IMG/VR virus record: IMGVR_UViG_3300042477_000341
Length of the DNA stretch: 64,000 bases
From: an uncultured virus (IMG/VR IMGVR_UViG_3300042477_000341)
Taxonomy: Duplodnaviria; Heunggongvirae; Uroviricota; Caudoviricetes
Reading direction: 5' to 3' (one strand)
Shown here: piece after piece, positions 31,051 to 41,021 of the stretch
Numbering within the stretch: the stretch's first letter is position 1
Layout: every line of letters starts with the position of its first letter
The notes under the pieces: generated by a model
Told to the model about the DNA's origin: nothing
The model's input: the letters and a program-made list of their open reading frames with translations, nothing else
Databases searched by the model: none
Made by a program: the position numbers and the translations under genes

Positions 31051-32985
31051 TTAACTAGAAATGTCTACTAGCTCGCAATTTCCATCTGAGCTACATGCTA
31101 GTGTGGCATTTGTAGAAGTTCCGTCTTCTGTTTCATAAAAAGATAAATCTTCCCAACGAATATCTTTAGGCATTCTTTCAACAAGCGCATCATATTCTGT
31201 TTTATCTACTTCTTGGTATGGCGCCTGCTTGTATGAATGATCTGAATGCGGTAGAAATGAAATTCCAGATACTTCATCAAAATTCTTATAAACCCATGCC
31301 CCAACTTCCATCCACTCATCTTCTTTTACAGATACTGTAATTGATGGCTTATGCTCACACCATGCACGTTGGTAAACCAACCAAATGTTAAGGTGCTCAA
31401 TAGCTGTTAGATCATTTCTGACAATTGCACCCTCTGGTGCCTTTACTGGAAATGAAAATACGTATGTATCGTTTGGCTTCATTACATCATCTTCTACTGG
31501 AATCCCCACCTCTTTAAGGAAGGTAGAAATTGGATCTCCCTTTGAACCACGAACAGTTCTAATATAATATGGAGAATGCCAAGCATGCATTCCTGAAGAT
31601 ACCCCGACCAATTGAGATACTGTTCCAGAAGGCTTTACACAAGTAATAGCGGCAGACTCAGGAATCCCAATTTTCCCAGCCTCTTCTTTATTCTTTGCTC
31701 TTGCCGCTTCTCTAAGGGTCATCAAGAATGACTCTAGTGCAACCAAATCTTGTTTGCCTGACATAAACTTATGCCCAAACTGTCCAGTCAAAGAAACTCC
31801 TAGTAAGCGTTCCTCTTCTGTGTTATCTTTCCAAATCTTACGTAGATACTTAAAGTCTGTAAGAGTAGACTGCCAGGTTCCAAGAATAGTTGCTAGTTCT
31901 ACTTTACGTTCAATATCTTTCTTTGTATCATTTTCACGTAGTACGACTTCTGAAAGATTACAAAACTGGTAAGGACGTAGAATAATCTCTGAACACGGGT
32001 TAGTTCCATAGTGTATATCTGGATCTCTTCTTCCATACTTGGCTGCTTGGGCTTGAGCTGCGGCCACATTGTATATGCCTCGTTCTCCTGATTTTGAATC
32101 ATATAGCGATTTCCATTCTGCAATAAACTGCTCCATCTCTGGCTTGCGTGAATACGCAACAGAGTTATTAGACAAGGCACGTTGTGGGCTTGCTTCCCAC
32201 CAGTTACCTGACTTTGCCTGCGCCATTTCAATATCATTAATATTAGAAAGAGAAATCATTGCTGAGCGACGGACTCCTCCTACAACAACTACTTCACCAA
32301 TCTTGCACATAATGTCGTGGCATTCGATTGGCTTTAGGTTTCTTCCTGTAGCATTCTTAAACTTTGCAATTGTAAAATCAAACAAGTTAATAAGTGGCTG
32401 TGGGCCTGAAGATCTTCCACCCATTGTCTTAAGTCTTGCTCCTGCTGGTCTTACCTTAGAAACATCAATTGCTGGAATCTGTCCAGACCAAAGTAGTGCT
32501 AGCAGCTCACGGTATGCTTTAGCCCAGCCCTGCTTTGAGTCTTCTACTGTAATAACTGTAGTTGATTTCTCTAAAGTTTCTGGGACGGCAGGAAGTTTAT
32601 TGATGTACTTATACTCAACAGAGAATCCTACACCTGTACCGCACATAAGGATATACATAGTCTCATCAAATGAACGTGGGGAATCAACTGGTAAGAAAGC
32701 ACAGTTATATCCAGCTACATTATCTCTTTCCAATGCGGCTCCTGAAGTCATAACAGAACGCATTGATGGCATTACATTTCTTTCAAAAACAAACTCTTTT
32801 AATTCCGCAACAAGCTTCTCATTTGGAATATAATTATGATTTTTTTCTAGATGGCCGAGCATAAAGTTAAAATATCTATCTACTGTTTCACCCCAAGTCT
32901 CACGGCGATTATCTTCTGATATCCATCTTGCATATCTTGATAACGCAATAAAATTTTCGTATGGGTTTGCAATAGTTTTAGACAT
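31051..32985 (-). CDS. nrdJ: class II (adenosylcobalamin-dependent) ribonucleotide reductase
   Basis: YNCAF, GTGVGFSV, VVGGVRRSA, TNPCSEI, CNLSE, TCVKPSGTVS, C-terminal ACSSDGNCE. Confidence 0.93.
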   Translation of the reverse strand: MSKTIANPYENFIALSRYARWISEDNRRETWGETVDRYFNFMLGHLEKNHNYIPNEKLVAELKEFVFERNVMPSMRSVMTSGAALERDNVAGYNCAFLPVDSPRSFDETMYILMCGTGVGFSVEYKYINKLPAVPETLEKSTTVITVEDSKQGWAKAYRELLALLWSGQIPAIDVSKVRPAGARLKTMGGRSSGPQPLINLFDFTIAKFKNATGRNLKPIECHDIMCKIGEVVVVGGVRRSAMISLSNINDIEMAQAKSGNWWEASPQRALSNNSVAYSRKPEMEQFIAEWKSLYDSKSGERGIYNVAAAQAQAAKYGRRDPDIHYGTNPCSEIILRPYQFCNLSEVVLRENDTKKDIERKVELATILGTWQSTLTDFKYLRKIWKDNTEEERLLGVSLTGQFGHKFMSGKQDLVALESFLMTLREAARAKNKEEAGKIGIPESAAITCVKPSGTVSQLVGVSSGMHAWHSPYYIRTVRGSKGDPISTFLKEVGIPVEDDVMKPNDTYVFSFPVKAPEGAIVRNDLTAIEHLNIWLVYQRAWCEHKPSITVSVKEDEWMEVGAWVYKNFDEVSGISFLPHSDHSYKQAPYQEVDKTEYDALVERMPKDIRWEDLSFYETEDGTSTNATLACSSDGNCELVDISS

Positions 32986-33212
32986 TTATAGTACCTGTTT
33001 CTCCGCCTAGCGGTTAATTTAAATTTAGTGTGAAGATCCTATTCTACCAAACAACTATTCATATGGGAAGCAAAAATATATTTTTTTATGCTTAAATTTA
33101 AAATATTATTACTAAACTAGACATTTATACTTTACATTTATTCTAGTTGACTGGCTTGACAGGGTTATGCAATTAATGTTATGCTTAGAGTTCGTTATCT
33201 CTAAAGGAGGAA

Positions 33213-33773
33213 ATGCCAATGGAGAAAGTAAAACAACGCTTGAGCGAAGTTGCCAATAGTTGGTCGTACATAGTAGTAATAGTATTATTTCTATTTACGG
33301 TTCAGCCAGGACCAACAGCAACTCAAGCATTGCAGGTAGAAACACCTGTGAAATCAACAGTACAACTAAAGAAAGAAACCTTAGAGAAGTACAGCACTAC
33401 TGTATACAAGCCTTCTGAGACGCTAACAGACGAAGAACTAAAAGAACTTCTATCAGCTGTTGGTTTTGAAGGAAAAGCCCTTAAAACGGCTTGGGCTATT
33501 GTTAAGGCAGAGTCTAACGCAAGACCTATGGCTTACAATGGTAACAGGAAAACTGGAGACAGTTCCTACGGAATTTTTCAGATTAATATGTTGGGTGAAC
33601 TCGGCATTGATCGTAAAGAAAAATTTGATCTAAAGTCAAACATTTTATTGTTTGACCCAGTAATAAACGCAGAGATAACGTATTACATGACTAAAGGCGG
33701 CACAGATTGGTCATCATGGTCTTCCCTAAATGGGACAAGACACAAGGAGTTCCTAGCGGAATTCAAACATTAG
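33213..33773 (+). CDS. membrane-anchored lytic transglycosylase (lysozyme-like)
   Basis: N-terminal TM; AIVKAES...DSSYGIFQIN...WSSW. Confidence 0.82.
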   Translation: MPMEKVKQRLSEVANSWSYIVVIVLFLFTVQPGPTATQALQVETPVKSTVQLKKETLEKYSTTVYKPSETLTDEELKELLSAVGFEGKALKTAWAIVKAESNARPMAYNGNRKTGDSSYGIFQINMLGELGIDRKEKFDLKSNILLFDPVINAEITYYMTKGGTDWSSWSSLNGTRHKEFLAEFKH

Positions 33774-33785
33774 AAAGGAAGGTAC

Positions 33786-34013
33786 ATGAAGATACAATAT
33801 GTGTCTAAGTACCTTTCTCTTTCAAGAGAGGGCCTTGTTCCAGAGCTTTTATGCCCAATGGATCAAGGCTCTCTCTATCCCAATCAAGATGTTGAAGAAA
33901 ACATATTTTTATATTGCTTAACTTGCTCATACAAGAAAACAGTCGGAATTGTCGACTATAAAAATCTTGTAGATTTAGTAGAAAGAATTATTAATGGACA
34001 ACAAAAAAAGTGA
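33786..34013 (+). CDS. small Cys-containing (zinc-binding?) protein
   Basis: LCPMD...YCLTCSY. Confidence 0.6.
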   Translation: MKIQYVSKYLSLSREGLVPELLCPMDQGSLYPNQDVEENIFLYCLTCSYKKTVGIVDYKNLVDLVERIINGQQKK

Positions 34014-34115
34014 GTCGGCGGAAGAAGAGCTTCAATACGAGTCTTCTGGATTTAACACATACGAATGGAAGATGCCTGTAATTTTCCCTAATACAGATGG
34101 AGGAATAGACAAATA

Positions 34116-34340
34116 ATGGATGAATCAAAGCTACCTGATGGAGCAATAATTAGAGACGCTGGAACTATTGAAGATAATTTGCCTATGGTTAATTATATTA
34201 TGCTCCACCGTATATACGACATGATGACGCTTATTGCAAATCATTTTGATACTGAAAAGGCAACAAGAATGATCGAGTACCACCAAGAGGGATACCTGCT
34301 TGGACCTGAACCAGCATTTACTCCAGGGGAAAAGGCATAA
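34116..34340 (+). CDS. hypothetical protein
   Basis: ORF track; GGAGG upstream. Confidence 0.65.
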   Translation: MDESKLPDGAIIRDAGTIEDNLPMVNYIMLHRIYDMMTLIANHFDTEKATRMIEYHQEGYLLGPEPAFTPGEKA

Positions 34341-34639
34341 TGTCTTACAGTCAAGAACAAATGGATTTTGCCCATAAGGTTGTTTTTCGACTTATGGAAA
34401 TATTAAAAGTTTGTCCTAATGTAGACGACAAATATAAATGCCACACAGCTCATCAAAAAGCTCATACTAGATGCGTAGACCTGATGGTTCTTTTGGCAGA
34501 AATAACCAACCTGCCTGAGTACCTAACCTATCTAGGCAATAATCCTGAAACTAATAAGGATCCCTATGGCTGGATTACTGAATATCCTGTTGCTGAAAAA
34601 ATTGTTGAAAAAACAGTTGACTTAGAAAATAACGTGTAA
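34340..34639 (+). CDS. hypothetical protein
   Basis: ORF track; coupled start. Confidence 0.6.
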   Translation: MSYSQEQMDFAHKVVFRLMEILKVCPNVDDKYKCHTAHQKAHTRCVDLMVLLAEITNLPEYLTYLGNNPETNKDPYGWITEYPVAEKIVEKTVDLENNV

Positions 34640-34651
34640 TACAATTAAGAT

Positions 34652-34745
34652 GTGTAGGTGACGGCAGTAATGCTTCCCTATATAATGTATAGCAATATAC
34701 TAGAAAAGCCCATTCGGATCCGCCTCTGAATGGGATTTTTTCTTT
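34652..34745 (+). ncRNA. candidate small structured RNA
   Basis: TTGACT-N17-TACAAT promoter (34617-34645), two GNRA-capped hairpins, terminator CCCATTC...GAATGGG plus T-run; no ORF. Confidence 0.55.
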
Positions 34746-35507
34746 TTATTTCTTTTTATCTCGTTCTCTTTGTAATAGCCTATACAAGCCATTTGGAACA
34801 AACTTTGACGCTATATTCATTTCGTTTTTCTGAAAACGTTTTCTGTCTATGTCAGTCAATTCTCTAATCTCAAGTCCTAGCTTTGACTTTCTTTCAAAAG
34901 GAATATAATGGACAAAAGGGTCTCCTCGACTAATTGTAATTTTATCTGTGCCACCATGATACAAAACTTGTTGATTAATTTCATGATGGATATCAGTATC
35001 AATAATGCCAGGAAGAACTGAAAAGTTTTTATTATAATGATAAAACATTGGAAGCTGTAAAACAGACCAGCCTTTAGGAGTAATTATTCTCCAAGGGCAT
35101 TCGGCTTTAAAAACAAACTTTGCCTTGTCTCCATGCAGGGATGCATCTGCCCATTTTAAAAACTGATTGTTAGTGTGAATACTCCAAGAAAATGCATCGT
35201 TAGAGGTCTTCCAAAAAAATTCCTGTGTTTCGTCATTAAAGGCAAGTTCTGTATCGCACCACATTGGAAGAACATAGCCTTGAGAAAAGAAGTCTGGGAA
35301 GGCAGGACAAATTTTTACAGTAGATGCGGAAGGAAAGCTAATAGTACCAACTTGAGCAGATCCTGGGCCATACGGCATGTCATTTAAGCCCAACATACTT
35401 GGAGTATCTTTAAACCATTGCGGCACAAACTGCTTTGAAGGCTTTGGCTTACATTGCTGTATCTCTTGCAGCCCTGGCATCATAGATATAAATTCAATAT
35501 TACTCAT
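34746..35507 (-). CDS. hypothetical protein of a four-member paralogue family (DUF6065-like)
   Basis: PQWFK...TVKICPAF.D...GY...PW.I.TP.G.S...PGIIDTD...G.P....IPF.R. Confidence 0.7.
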   Translation of the reverse strand: MSNIEFISMMPGLQEIQQCKPKPSKQFVPQWFKDTPSMLGLNDMPYGPGSAQVGTISFPSASTVKICPAFPDFFSQGYVLPMWCDTELAFNDETQEFFWKTSNDAFSWSIHTNNQFLKWADASLHGDKAKFVFKAECPWRIITPKGWSVLQLPMFYHYNKNFSVLPGIIDTDIHHEINQQVLYHGGTDKITISRGDPFVHYIPFERKSKLGLEIRELTDIDRKRFQKNEMNIASKFVPNGLYRLLQRERDKKK

Positions 35508-36271
35508 TACAACAGTATAGCAAATTTATTTAGACCTGTATAGTGCAAAAAGTGCGAAAAAAGTGCGCCGTCGAAAGAAGAGCCATATCTCATGTGCAGT
35601 AATTTGTAGAATATGTCATATAAGGCCTCTACGGGGCCTCTAAGCCCTTAACGGGTCATATTTGGTATCTCCGATACAAAGACCCCAGAAAGGGCGGGAG
35701 AAAAAAGATGAGCTATTTAATCTGTATTACAATACCCAGTACATAGGTAGTTATTAGGACCAATGGAAGTAATATAAGTAATTTATATCTCTTCATGATC
35801 TATATCTTCATTTAGGTCAAAATCAAAGATTTCTTGCTGTCCCGCCCAATTTAAAAATTTAGACATAGCAAGACCTGAGAAGACTGCTGTCGCAGTTAAC
35901 GCAATTAAAGCATAGATCTTTTTCATTTTATATCATCCCAAAATGCTATTAATAGAACCAATATAGGTCCAAATATTACTGTTGCTTGTATCAAGCTCAC
36001 TTGCAATTACAATTTTTCTTTTTCATCTTCCACCACATCCAAATATGGTGAATGGCCATGGCTCCCATGATAATCCACATCAGTTGCATTTCAGTTATTC
36101 CTGAACCTGTGGTTAATACTATATTTTCATGATCATGCATAATATTATTATACCATAATTCTAGTCAACTGTAATATTAATAGCATGTTCTAAACAATAG
36201 TATTTCATAGATCCATCTAATAATAGTTTAGATGTATATGATGCCTTATCGCAATAACTACAAAATCTCAT

Positions 36272-36553
36272 TTATCCTGCCTTCCGATTTTTTCTCATAT
36301 ATGTTCTTGCTCTGTGGCAATTAGAACATACTACTTCACATTTGGCTATTTCTTCATCGATTCGTTTCTTAGATAACGTATTAATGAGCTCCGCCACATT
36401 TGCATGTTTTTGTCCACGGACGTGATCAAAATCCATCATATAGTATGGGTACCAGACCTTGCAATCCATACATGGGTTCTTTTCTTTTACTTCTTTTAAA
36501 TAACGTGCCAGAGCTTCTTTTTGTTTCTTGATCGATATCTTCTCTGGAGACAT
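36272..36553 (-). CDS. HNH endonuclease-like protein
   Basis: CMDC...MDFDH...EIAKCEVVCSNCHRART. Confidence 0.8.
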   Translation of the reverse strand: MSPEKISIKKQKEALARYLKEVKEKNPCMDCKVWYPYYMMDFDHVRGQKHANVAELINTLSKKRIDEEIAKCEVVCSNCHRARTYMRKNRKAG

Positions 36554-36603
36554 ACCTCAATTATATAACATTATTTTCATAACATAAGGTGTATAATTAT
36601 ATT

Positions 36604-36780
36604 ATGACCCCAGAAAAAGGACCTAGAAGACATTTTACCCATCAACAGTTTAGCCCTACATTTGTAGGCAACGAATACGTTGAAGGTCCTGGTGGCAAGT
36701 TTGAACGCAAAGCAGAAAAACTATTCAAAGCTTTTAAGAACAACCTCATTAGAATCATCCGCTTGGGCAAAAGTAGTTAA
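36604..36780 (+). CDS. possible leaderless small protein
   Basis: ATG just after TATAAT; overlaps the end of a convergent gene by 60 nt. Confidence 0.3.
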   Translation: MTPEKGPRRHFTHQQFSPTFVGNEYVEGPGGKFERKAEKLFKAFKNNLIRIIRLGKSS

Positions 36781-37248
36781 AAAATATCTATCTGATCCAG
36801 ACAAAACTTCTTTTACGCCATGTCTGATATCACCTTTGTGAATAACAAGAGATCTTAGTTTAGGTTTTATCTCAATGCCTAAATCTGGATAATACACTTC
36901 TCCACCTGTGTAGTTATCGTTTAAATAACAGACTATCCCATATCTCACATTGTTATATGGCATTTTATCTATATGAACACCCATACTTCCACCAACTTCA
37001 AATCTTTGAATACTTTGAATGTTGTTTATTACTCCATAGGATAAAAAAAGATTAGAAATTCTTTTGCATATGTCATTAAGTTCTTCTGGTCGTGGATTTA
37101 TTTTTTTAATTCTTTTTTCCCAATGACTTCCGCTATCTAAGCCTTGCCATTCTCCAGAATCTAAAGTTTTAAGGATTGAATCTACTTCTAGTTGAGTAAG
37201 AAATTCTTCTATCTCGTAGATACCATCGTGGATTTTATTTATTTTCAT
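36721..37248 (-). CDS. 2OG-Fe(II) oxygenase, prolyl 4-hydroxylase-like
   Basis: HID...YLNDNYTGGE...HGV...RY. Confidence 0.85.
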   Translation of the reverse strand: MKINKIHDGIYEIEEFLTQLEVDSILKTLDSGEWQGLDSGSHWEKRIKKINPRPEELNDICKRISNLFLSYGVINNIQSIQRFEVGGSMGVHIDKMPYNNVRYGIVCYLNDNYTGGEVYYPDLGIEIKPKLRSLVIHKGDIRHGVKEVLSGSDRYFLTTFAQADDSNEVVLKSFE

Positions 37249-37460
37249 TAAATGATCTCAAGTTCTGGCCATTTGTTTATTGGACAAGTAGCATTTTCTA
37301 ATTTTGCTTTTAAGTTCATAAAACACCCACACTTTTTACATTGCTTTGTAGCTTTAATAAATTGTGGACATGTTGAGCATATCTGTAATCTTTCTTCTAG
37401 CACATCTAAAGACACTCTTGATTCTTGAGGATTGAATAAGTCCCACGGTTTTACAGACAT
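37248..37460 (-). CDS. small Cys-rich protein
   Basis: RLQICSTC...QCKKCGCFM..K......CPINKW. Confidence 0.7.
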   Translation of the reverse strand: MSVKPWDLFNPQESRVSLDVLEERLQICSTCPQFIKATKQCKKCGCFMNLKAKLENATCPINKWPELEII

Positions 37461-38164
37461 TACTTACCTTTTCTATAATGTAGCTTTAAAGCTTTAAGCT
37501 CATGCTCTCCGATTTTATTGCCATGCATATCTGTAGCATTTCTATAAAAATTCAAAACTCCACCTTTTACATTTGTCATTCCAACCAGTGCAGCATACTC
37601 ATTGCTCATAATTTCTTTTGTTTTTAAGTTTTCAATTGGCTTTTCAATTATCTCAGAGTTATTTAGATGTGTTAGCGATATTGGCATTACTGCTGAGATT
37701 GGAGTTCCAGCCTTAATTGTAATGATCTTGTTTGGAGTAGTTATTCTCCCAGCAACCTGCCATTCTCCCATAAAGAAAGAAGTTGATATAAGTGAAGTGA
37801 AAGATTGAAATCCATCAATGAACTGATTTGGAACTGGATAACCTAACATGCTTACATCAGGATCAGTTTTAAATTTAATCCCAGTTCTAAAGTTTACTGT
37901 TGCATATCCTCTAGTTGTTGTTAACCAGTTTTGACCTTTTAAAATTTTTACTGAGTCTGAAGATCCTGTGTATCTGCCGTCCCAAATAAATGATAAATCT
38001 TCTGGATAACTTATTCCCCAACCCATTGTATTTGCAAGAGTCAATGGAAAGCATTTGTAAACATGCTCGTAATTAGTCTCGTCCTGCCAATCTCTTTTTA
38101 AACCCAAAGGAGAAAGTATTGCAGTGTTGGTTGGATGAAGTTTATAAGTCTCAACTGAATACAT
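37460..38164 (-). CDS. DUF6065-like protein
   Basis: RDW...YKCFPLTLANTMGW...GTPISAVMPI. Confidence 0.65.
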   Translation of the reverse strand: MYSVETYKLHPTNTAILSPLGLKRDWQDETNYEHVYKCFPLTLANTMGWGISYPEDLSFIWDGRYTGSSDSVKILKGQNWLTTTRGYATVNFRTGIKFKTDPDVSMLGYPVPNQFIDGFQSFTSLISTSFFMGEWQVAGRITTPNKIITIKAGTPISAVMPISLTHLNNSEIIEKPIENLKTKEIMSNEYAALVGMTNVKGGVLNFYRNATDMHGNKIGEHELKALKLHYRKGK

Positions 38165-38184
38165 ATATATCCTAGTTGACTAAA

Positions 38185-38352
38185 TTAAATATTGTTTACA
38201 GATTGTTCCCAGGCTAGCTTTGCAGCATAGTCTCCAGAACATTCGATGCAAAAAGGTGCAGCAACTCCATCTGAGTTTAATTTAACTCCCCATCTGCTTT
38301 CTTCGCAAATAGGACAGTCGCCTAAATTAGTTCCAATAACGTTGTTTGTCAT
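38185..38352 (-). CDS. small CxxC protein
   Basis: manual translation MTNNVIGTNLGDCPICEESRWG...FCIEC. Confidence 0.55.
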   Translation of the reverse strand: MTNNVIGTNLGDCPICEESRWGVKLNSDGVAAPFCIECSGDYAAKLAWEQSVNNI

Positions 38353-38376
38353 ATCTTTATTATACCACCCTTGAAA

Positions 38377-38532
38377 TTAATTAACAATAATATCTGTAGT
38401 GCTAGATAGAGTCTTAACCATAGATAGCTGTGATGCTTGTCCCTGATCCATTTTTGCTTGTGCTTCTTCTTCTGTTTCCGCCATGACTGCTACCTGAATA
38501 GCTAAATCGTAAATGTATACCTTTAATGACAT
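38377..38532 (-). CDS. small hypothetical protein
   Basis: manual translation MSLKVYIYDLAIQVAVMAETEEEA... Confidence 0.55.
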   Translation of the reverse strand: MSLKVYIYDLAIQVAVMAETEEEAQAKMDQGQASQLSMVKTLSSTTDIIVN

Positions 38533-39057
38533 GTTATATCCTAGTCGACTGCTTTTAATATCCTACTAAATGTTAATAAAATATTTTTTTGCCTATTGCA
38601 TATTGCTTATATATATTATATATTCTTTTTATTGATTACTTGGGAATTAGATTTTTTAGCAAACCCCCCCTACCCCCCAAATTTTAACTTTTTGGAAAGA
38701 TAGAGGAGAGTTGCAAGATCCAATCCCAAGAATTACTTGGTGTATTGAGTTCTCTAGTGTAACCCCCGAAACCTTCCCAAGTATAACATTACGTATTTTC
38801 GAAAGTCAATAGCTTTTTGAAATTTGAGAAAATGTTAATATATTTTTAACTTGTATGATACACACTATAGAAAATGTCCGATTTGCCCGATAGTGAGCAC
38901 ATAGGCTTCCGACCTTGAGCGTGAGTGTGATGCGACTCACAAAAGTTTTTTACCGACACGCCCGAGAAACGGGCATAAATGTCAGTCCCCCCTGCTAGAC
39001 TAAATATATAAAGAAAAACAAGCGGTAAAGAAATCCGCTAAAGAAAGGAGCAATCAA

Positions 39058-39210
39058 ATGCTCACTCAAAAAACACTAGACGCAATCGTCTATGAATACC
39101 AACACGGGGGCGTGAAGTCTAACCACCCCGAATTGACTACCTATGAACGCAAGGCGTTGCTAAAGCACCTCTTTAGCCTACCGACCTATTGCGCTTGTTG
39201 TGTGAGGTAA
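39058..39210 (+). CDS. first small gene of the early island
   Basis: AAGGAG RBS; MLTQKTLDAIVYEYQHGG...CACCVR (50 aa). Confidence 0.65.
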   Translation: MLTQKTLDAIVYEYQHGGVKSNHPELTTYERKALLKHLFSLPTYCACCVR

Positions 39211-39382
39211 ATCACACGGACACTAGGGTCTAAATCCCCCTAAATGTCAGTCGTATCGGCTACAATAACGACATAACAACTAAATAAGAATTAGAGCGTG
39301 AGCCTAGCAAATAATCCGAAAGGTGAGCCTAGCAAATAATCGCTCAACAACTAACTAACTACTAACGAAAGAAGAACAGACA

Positions 39383-39535
39383 ATGACTATCACATACACA
39401 CTATGGCAAGGCTCTCAACTATTAGCCGTCAATCAAAAGGCTAGCAAGCCTGAAGAAATCTTAGCGGTAATCGCTGAACTAAATAAACTAGGTAAGGGTT
39501 TCACTTACAACATTAGAGAAGTAGAGGTCAAGTAA
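39383..39535 (+). CDS. small hypothetical protein
   Basis: MTITYTLWQGSQLLA... (50 aa); stop overlaps the next ATG. Confidence 0.65.
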   Translation: MTITYTLWQGSQLLAVNQKASKPEEILAVIAELNKLGKGFTYNIREVEVK

Positions 39536-39717
39536 TGTCATACGCATACTCATACAATACAAACACGATAGATAAATACGAGTCTATCCAATCAGATGTC
39601 GCAGACGCATACACTTATCTAGATGAGGCAGATGAAGAACAACCGCCACTAGATGACTTTGATGATGTTGATGATGAAGAATTAGCAAAAGTATTCGCAC
39701 TAAGTTGGGATAACTAA
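39535..39717 (+). CDS. small, very acidic protein
   Basis: Asp/Glu-rich 60 aa; coupled start. Confidence 0.65.
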   Translation: MSYAYSYNTNTIDKYESIQSDVADAYTYLDEADEEQPPLDDFDDVDDEELAKVFALSWDN

Positions 39718-39719
39718 TA

Positions 39720-39875
39720 ATGATACCTAACGGATTTGATTTATACATAACAAGCGAATACGGATTTGAGTTAGATAGTTTCTTAGGGTCTATCTATCTA
39801 CCTTGGCACACTATTATTATCACCGCCCTAGCACTAATCGCTTATAAGATTTATAAGAGAAAGAAGAATAAGTAA
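39720..39875 (+). CDS. small membrane protein
   Basis: MIPNGFDLY...WHTIIITALALIAYKIYKRKKNK. Confidence 0.6.
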   Translation: MIPNGFDLYITSEYGFELDSFLGSIYLPWHTIIITALALIAYKIYKRKKNK

Positions 39876-39985
39876 TGACTACTAATCGCATACTAACTAC
39901 GCTAGTCCAATTAGGTATCGGTATCCCCGCCCTAATTATGCTACGCCTAGTAATTCGTGATCTAATTCACAATAAATTACGCTAA
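39875..39985 (+). CDS. small membrane peptide
   Basis: MTTNRILTTLVQLGIGIPALIMLRLVIRD...; coupled start. Confidence 0.5.
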   Translation: MTTNRILTTLVQLGIGIPALIMLRLVIRDLIHNKLR

Positions 39986-40189
39986 CGCTACGGCGTGTCG
40001 GCTTGACAAAGTCAAGCTGGCCCGCAAGGGCACGGGGTCGGGCGTGTCGTTACGCTAATGTTATAGAACCCCTTGAATTTTGTGAGGTTTATCACAAAAA
40101 AAGATTTCTTGAAACACGGCGTGTCGTGTTGATAATGTCGGTGTGCTCGTGTATACTACCTACTATAACCACAACGAAAGGTCGATAAA

Positions 40190-40318
40190 ATGACACTAGA
40201 TGAATACAAGGCTTATGTAGAAGCCACACGCAAGGAAAGCCTATTGAAGGCTATCGCAACAATGTCAGAGGCTAATGATAAGATGTCCTCTCTATTCAAT
40301 ACTAAGGAGGCAGACTAA
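40190..40318 (+). CDS. small hypothetical protein
   Basis: MTLDEYKAYVEATRKES... (42 aa) after the promoter at 40136. Confidence 0.6.
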   Translation: MTLDEYKAYVEATRKESLLKAIATMSEANDKMSSLFNTKEAD

Positions 40319-40441
40319 ATGGGTTATGTAGAAATCTTTCGCATAGATAACGAGGGTGCGGGTTGGGTAGATTTATCCGAAGCAACCCCCGATGAATTAC
40401 TAGATTTAGAAATTGGATTATTTCAGGAAGGTGCGCTCTAA
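40319..40441 (+). CDS. small acidic protein
   Basis: AAGGAGG RBS; MGYVEIFRIDNEGAGWVDL... (40 aa). Confidence 0.6.
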   Translation: MGYVEIFRIDNEGAGWVDLSEATPDELLDLEIGLFQEGAL

Positions 40442-40593
40442 TGAAAAGATACACATTTGGCGTTTGGCTAGACATAGATGCAGAAGATGAAGAAATGGCT
40501 ATTTCTTTATTTGATAGCGTTGTAAAAAATGCTTTTGTTTCAGACTCTTATTGTTTTGAATGGAAAGAGGTTGCAGATGAAATCGCAGTTTGA
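40441..40593 (+). CDS. small hypothetical protein
   Basis: MKRYTFGVWLDIDAEDEEMA... (50 aa); coupled start. Confidence 0.55.
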   Translation: MKRYTFGVWLDIDAEDEEMAISLFDSVVKNAFVSDSYCFEWKEVADEIAV

Positions 40594-40771
40594 AAAAGAT
40601 TTAGAAATCAAAGAAAGTTTTATAGACTTTCTAAATGACCTTTATCCAACTGTAAAAATCGGCTACTCAACTTTCACACCCGCCGAAATTCTAGAGTGTT
40701 GCGATCCTGTTGCGTTTGCGATTGGATTAGTAGAGCACGAAGATTATTTAGCAGAATTAGAAGAAGAATAA
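40577..40771 (+). CDS. hypothetical protein
   Basis: MKSQFEKD...YPTVKIG...PAEIL..CDPVAF. Confidence 0.65.
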   Translation: MKSQFEKDLEIKESFIDFLNDLYPTVKIGYSTFTPAEILECCDPVAFAIGLVEHEDYLAELEEE

Positions 40772-41021
40772 CGGCGTGTCGGCTTGACAAAGTCAAGCTG
40801 GCCCGCAAAGGCACGGGGTCGGGCGTGTCGTTACGAGATTGTTATAAAATCCCGTGAAATTTGCGGCGTGTCGATTTGACAGACAAATCGGACATATTGA
40901 TGTGATTAGTATCACACGGCTTGAGCGTCTCATTATTTGGACTTACTGGCTAGTAATGTGAAAATGTCAGTAGGCTCGTGTATAATTCCATACATAACAA
41001 CAAACGAAAGAAGGTCTGCCA

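Noticed and set aside
32069..32833. 254-aa plus-strand ORF
   Set aside because: Fully antisense to nrdJ.
33000..33200. NrdR boxes or a cobalamin riboswitch upstream of nrdJ
   Set aside because: No convincing consensus match by eye; looks like a divergent promoter region.
40003..40188. 61-aa ORF over the repeat/promoter block, and similar ORFs at 41929, 42975, 43203, 43860
   Set aside because: They overlie regulatory motifs or are antisense to better-supported genes.
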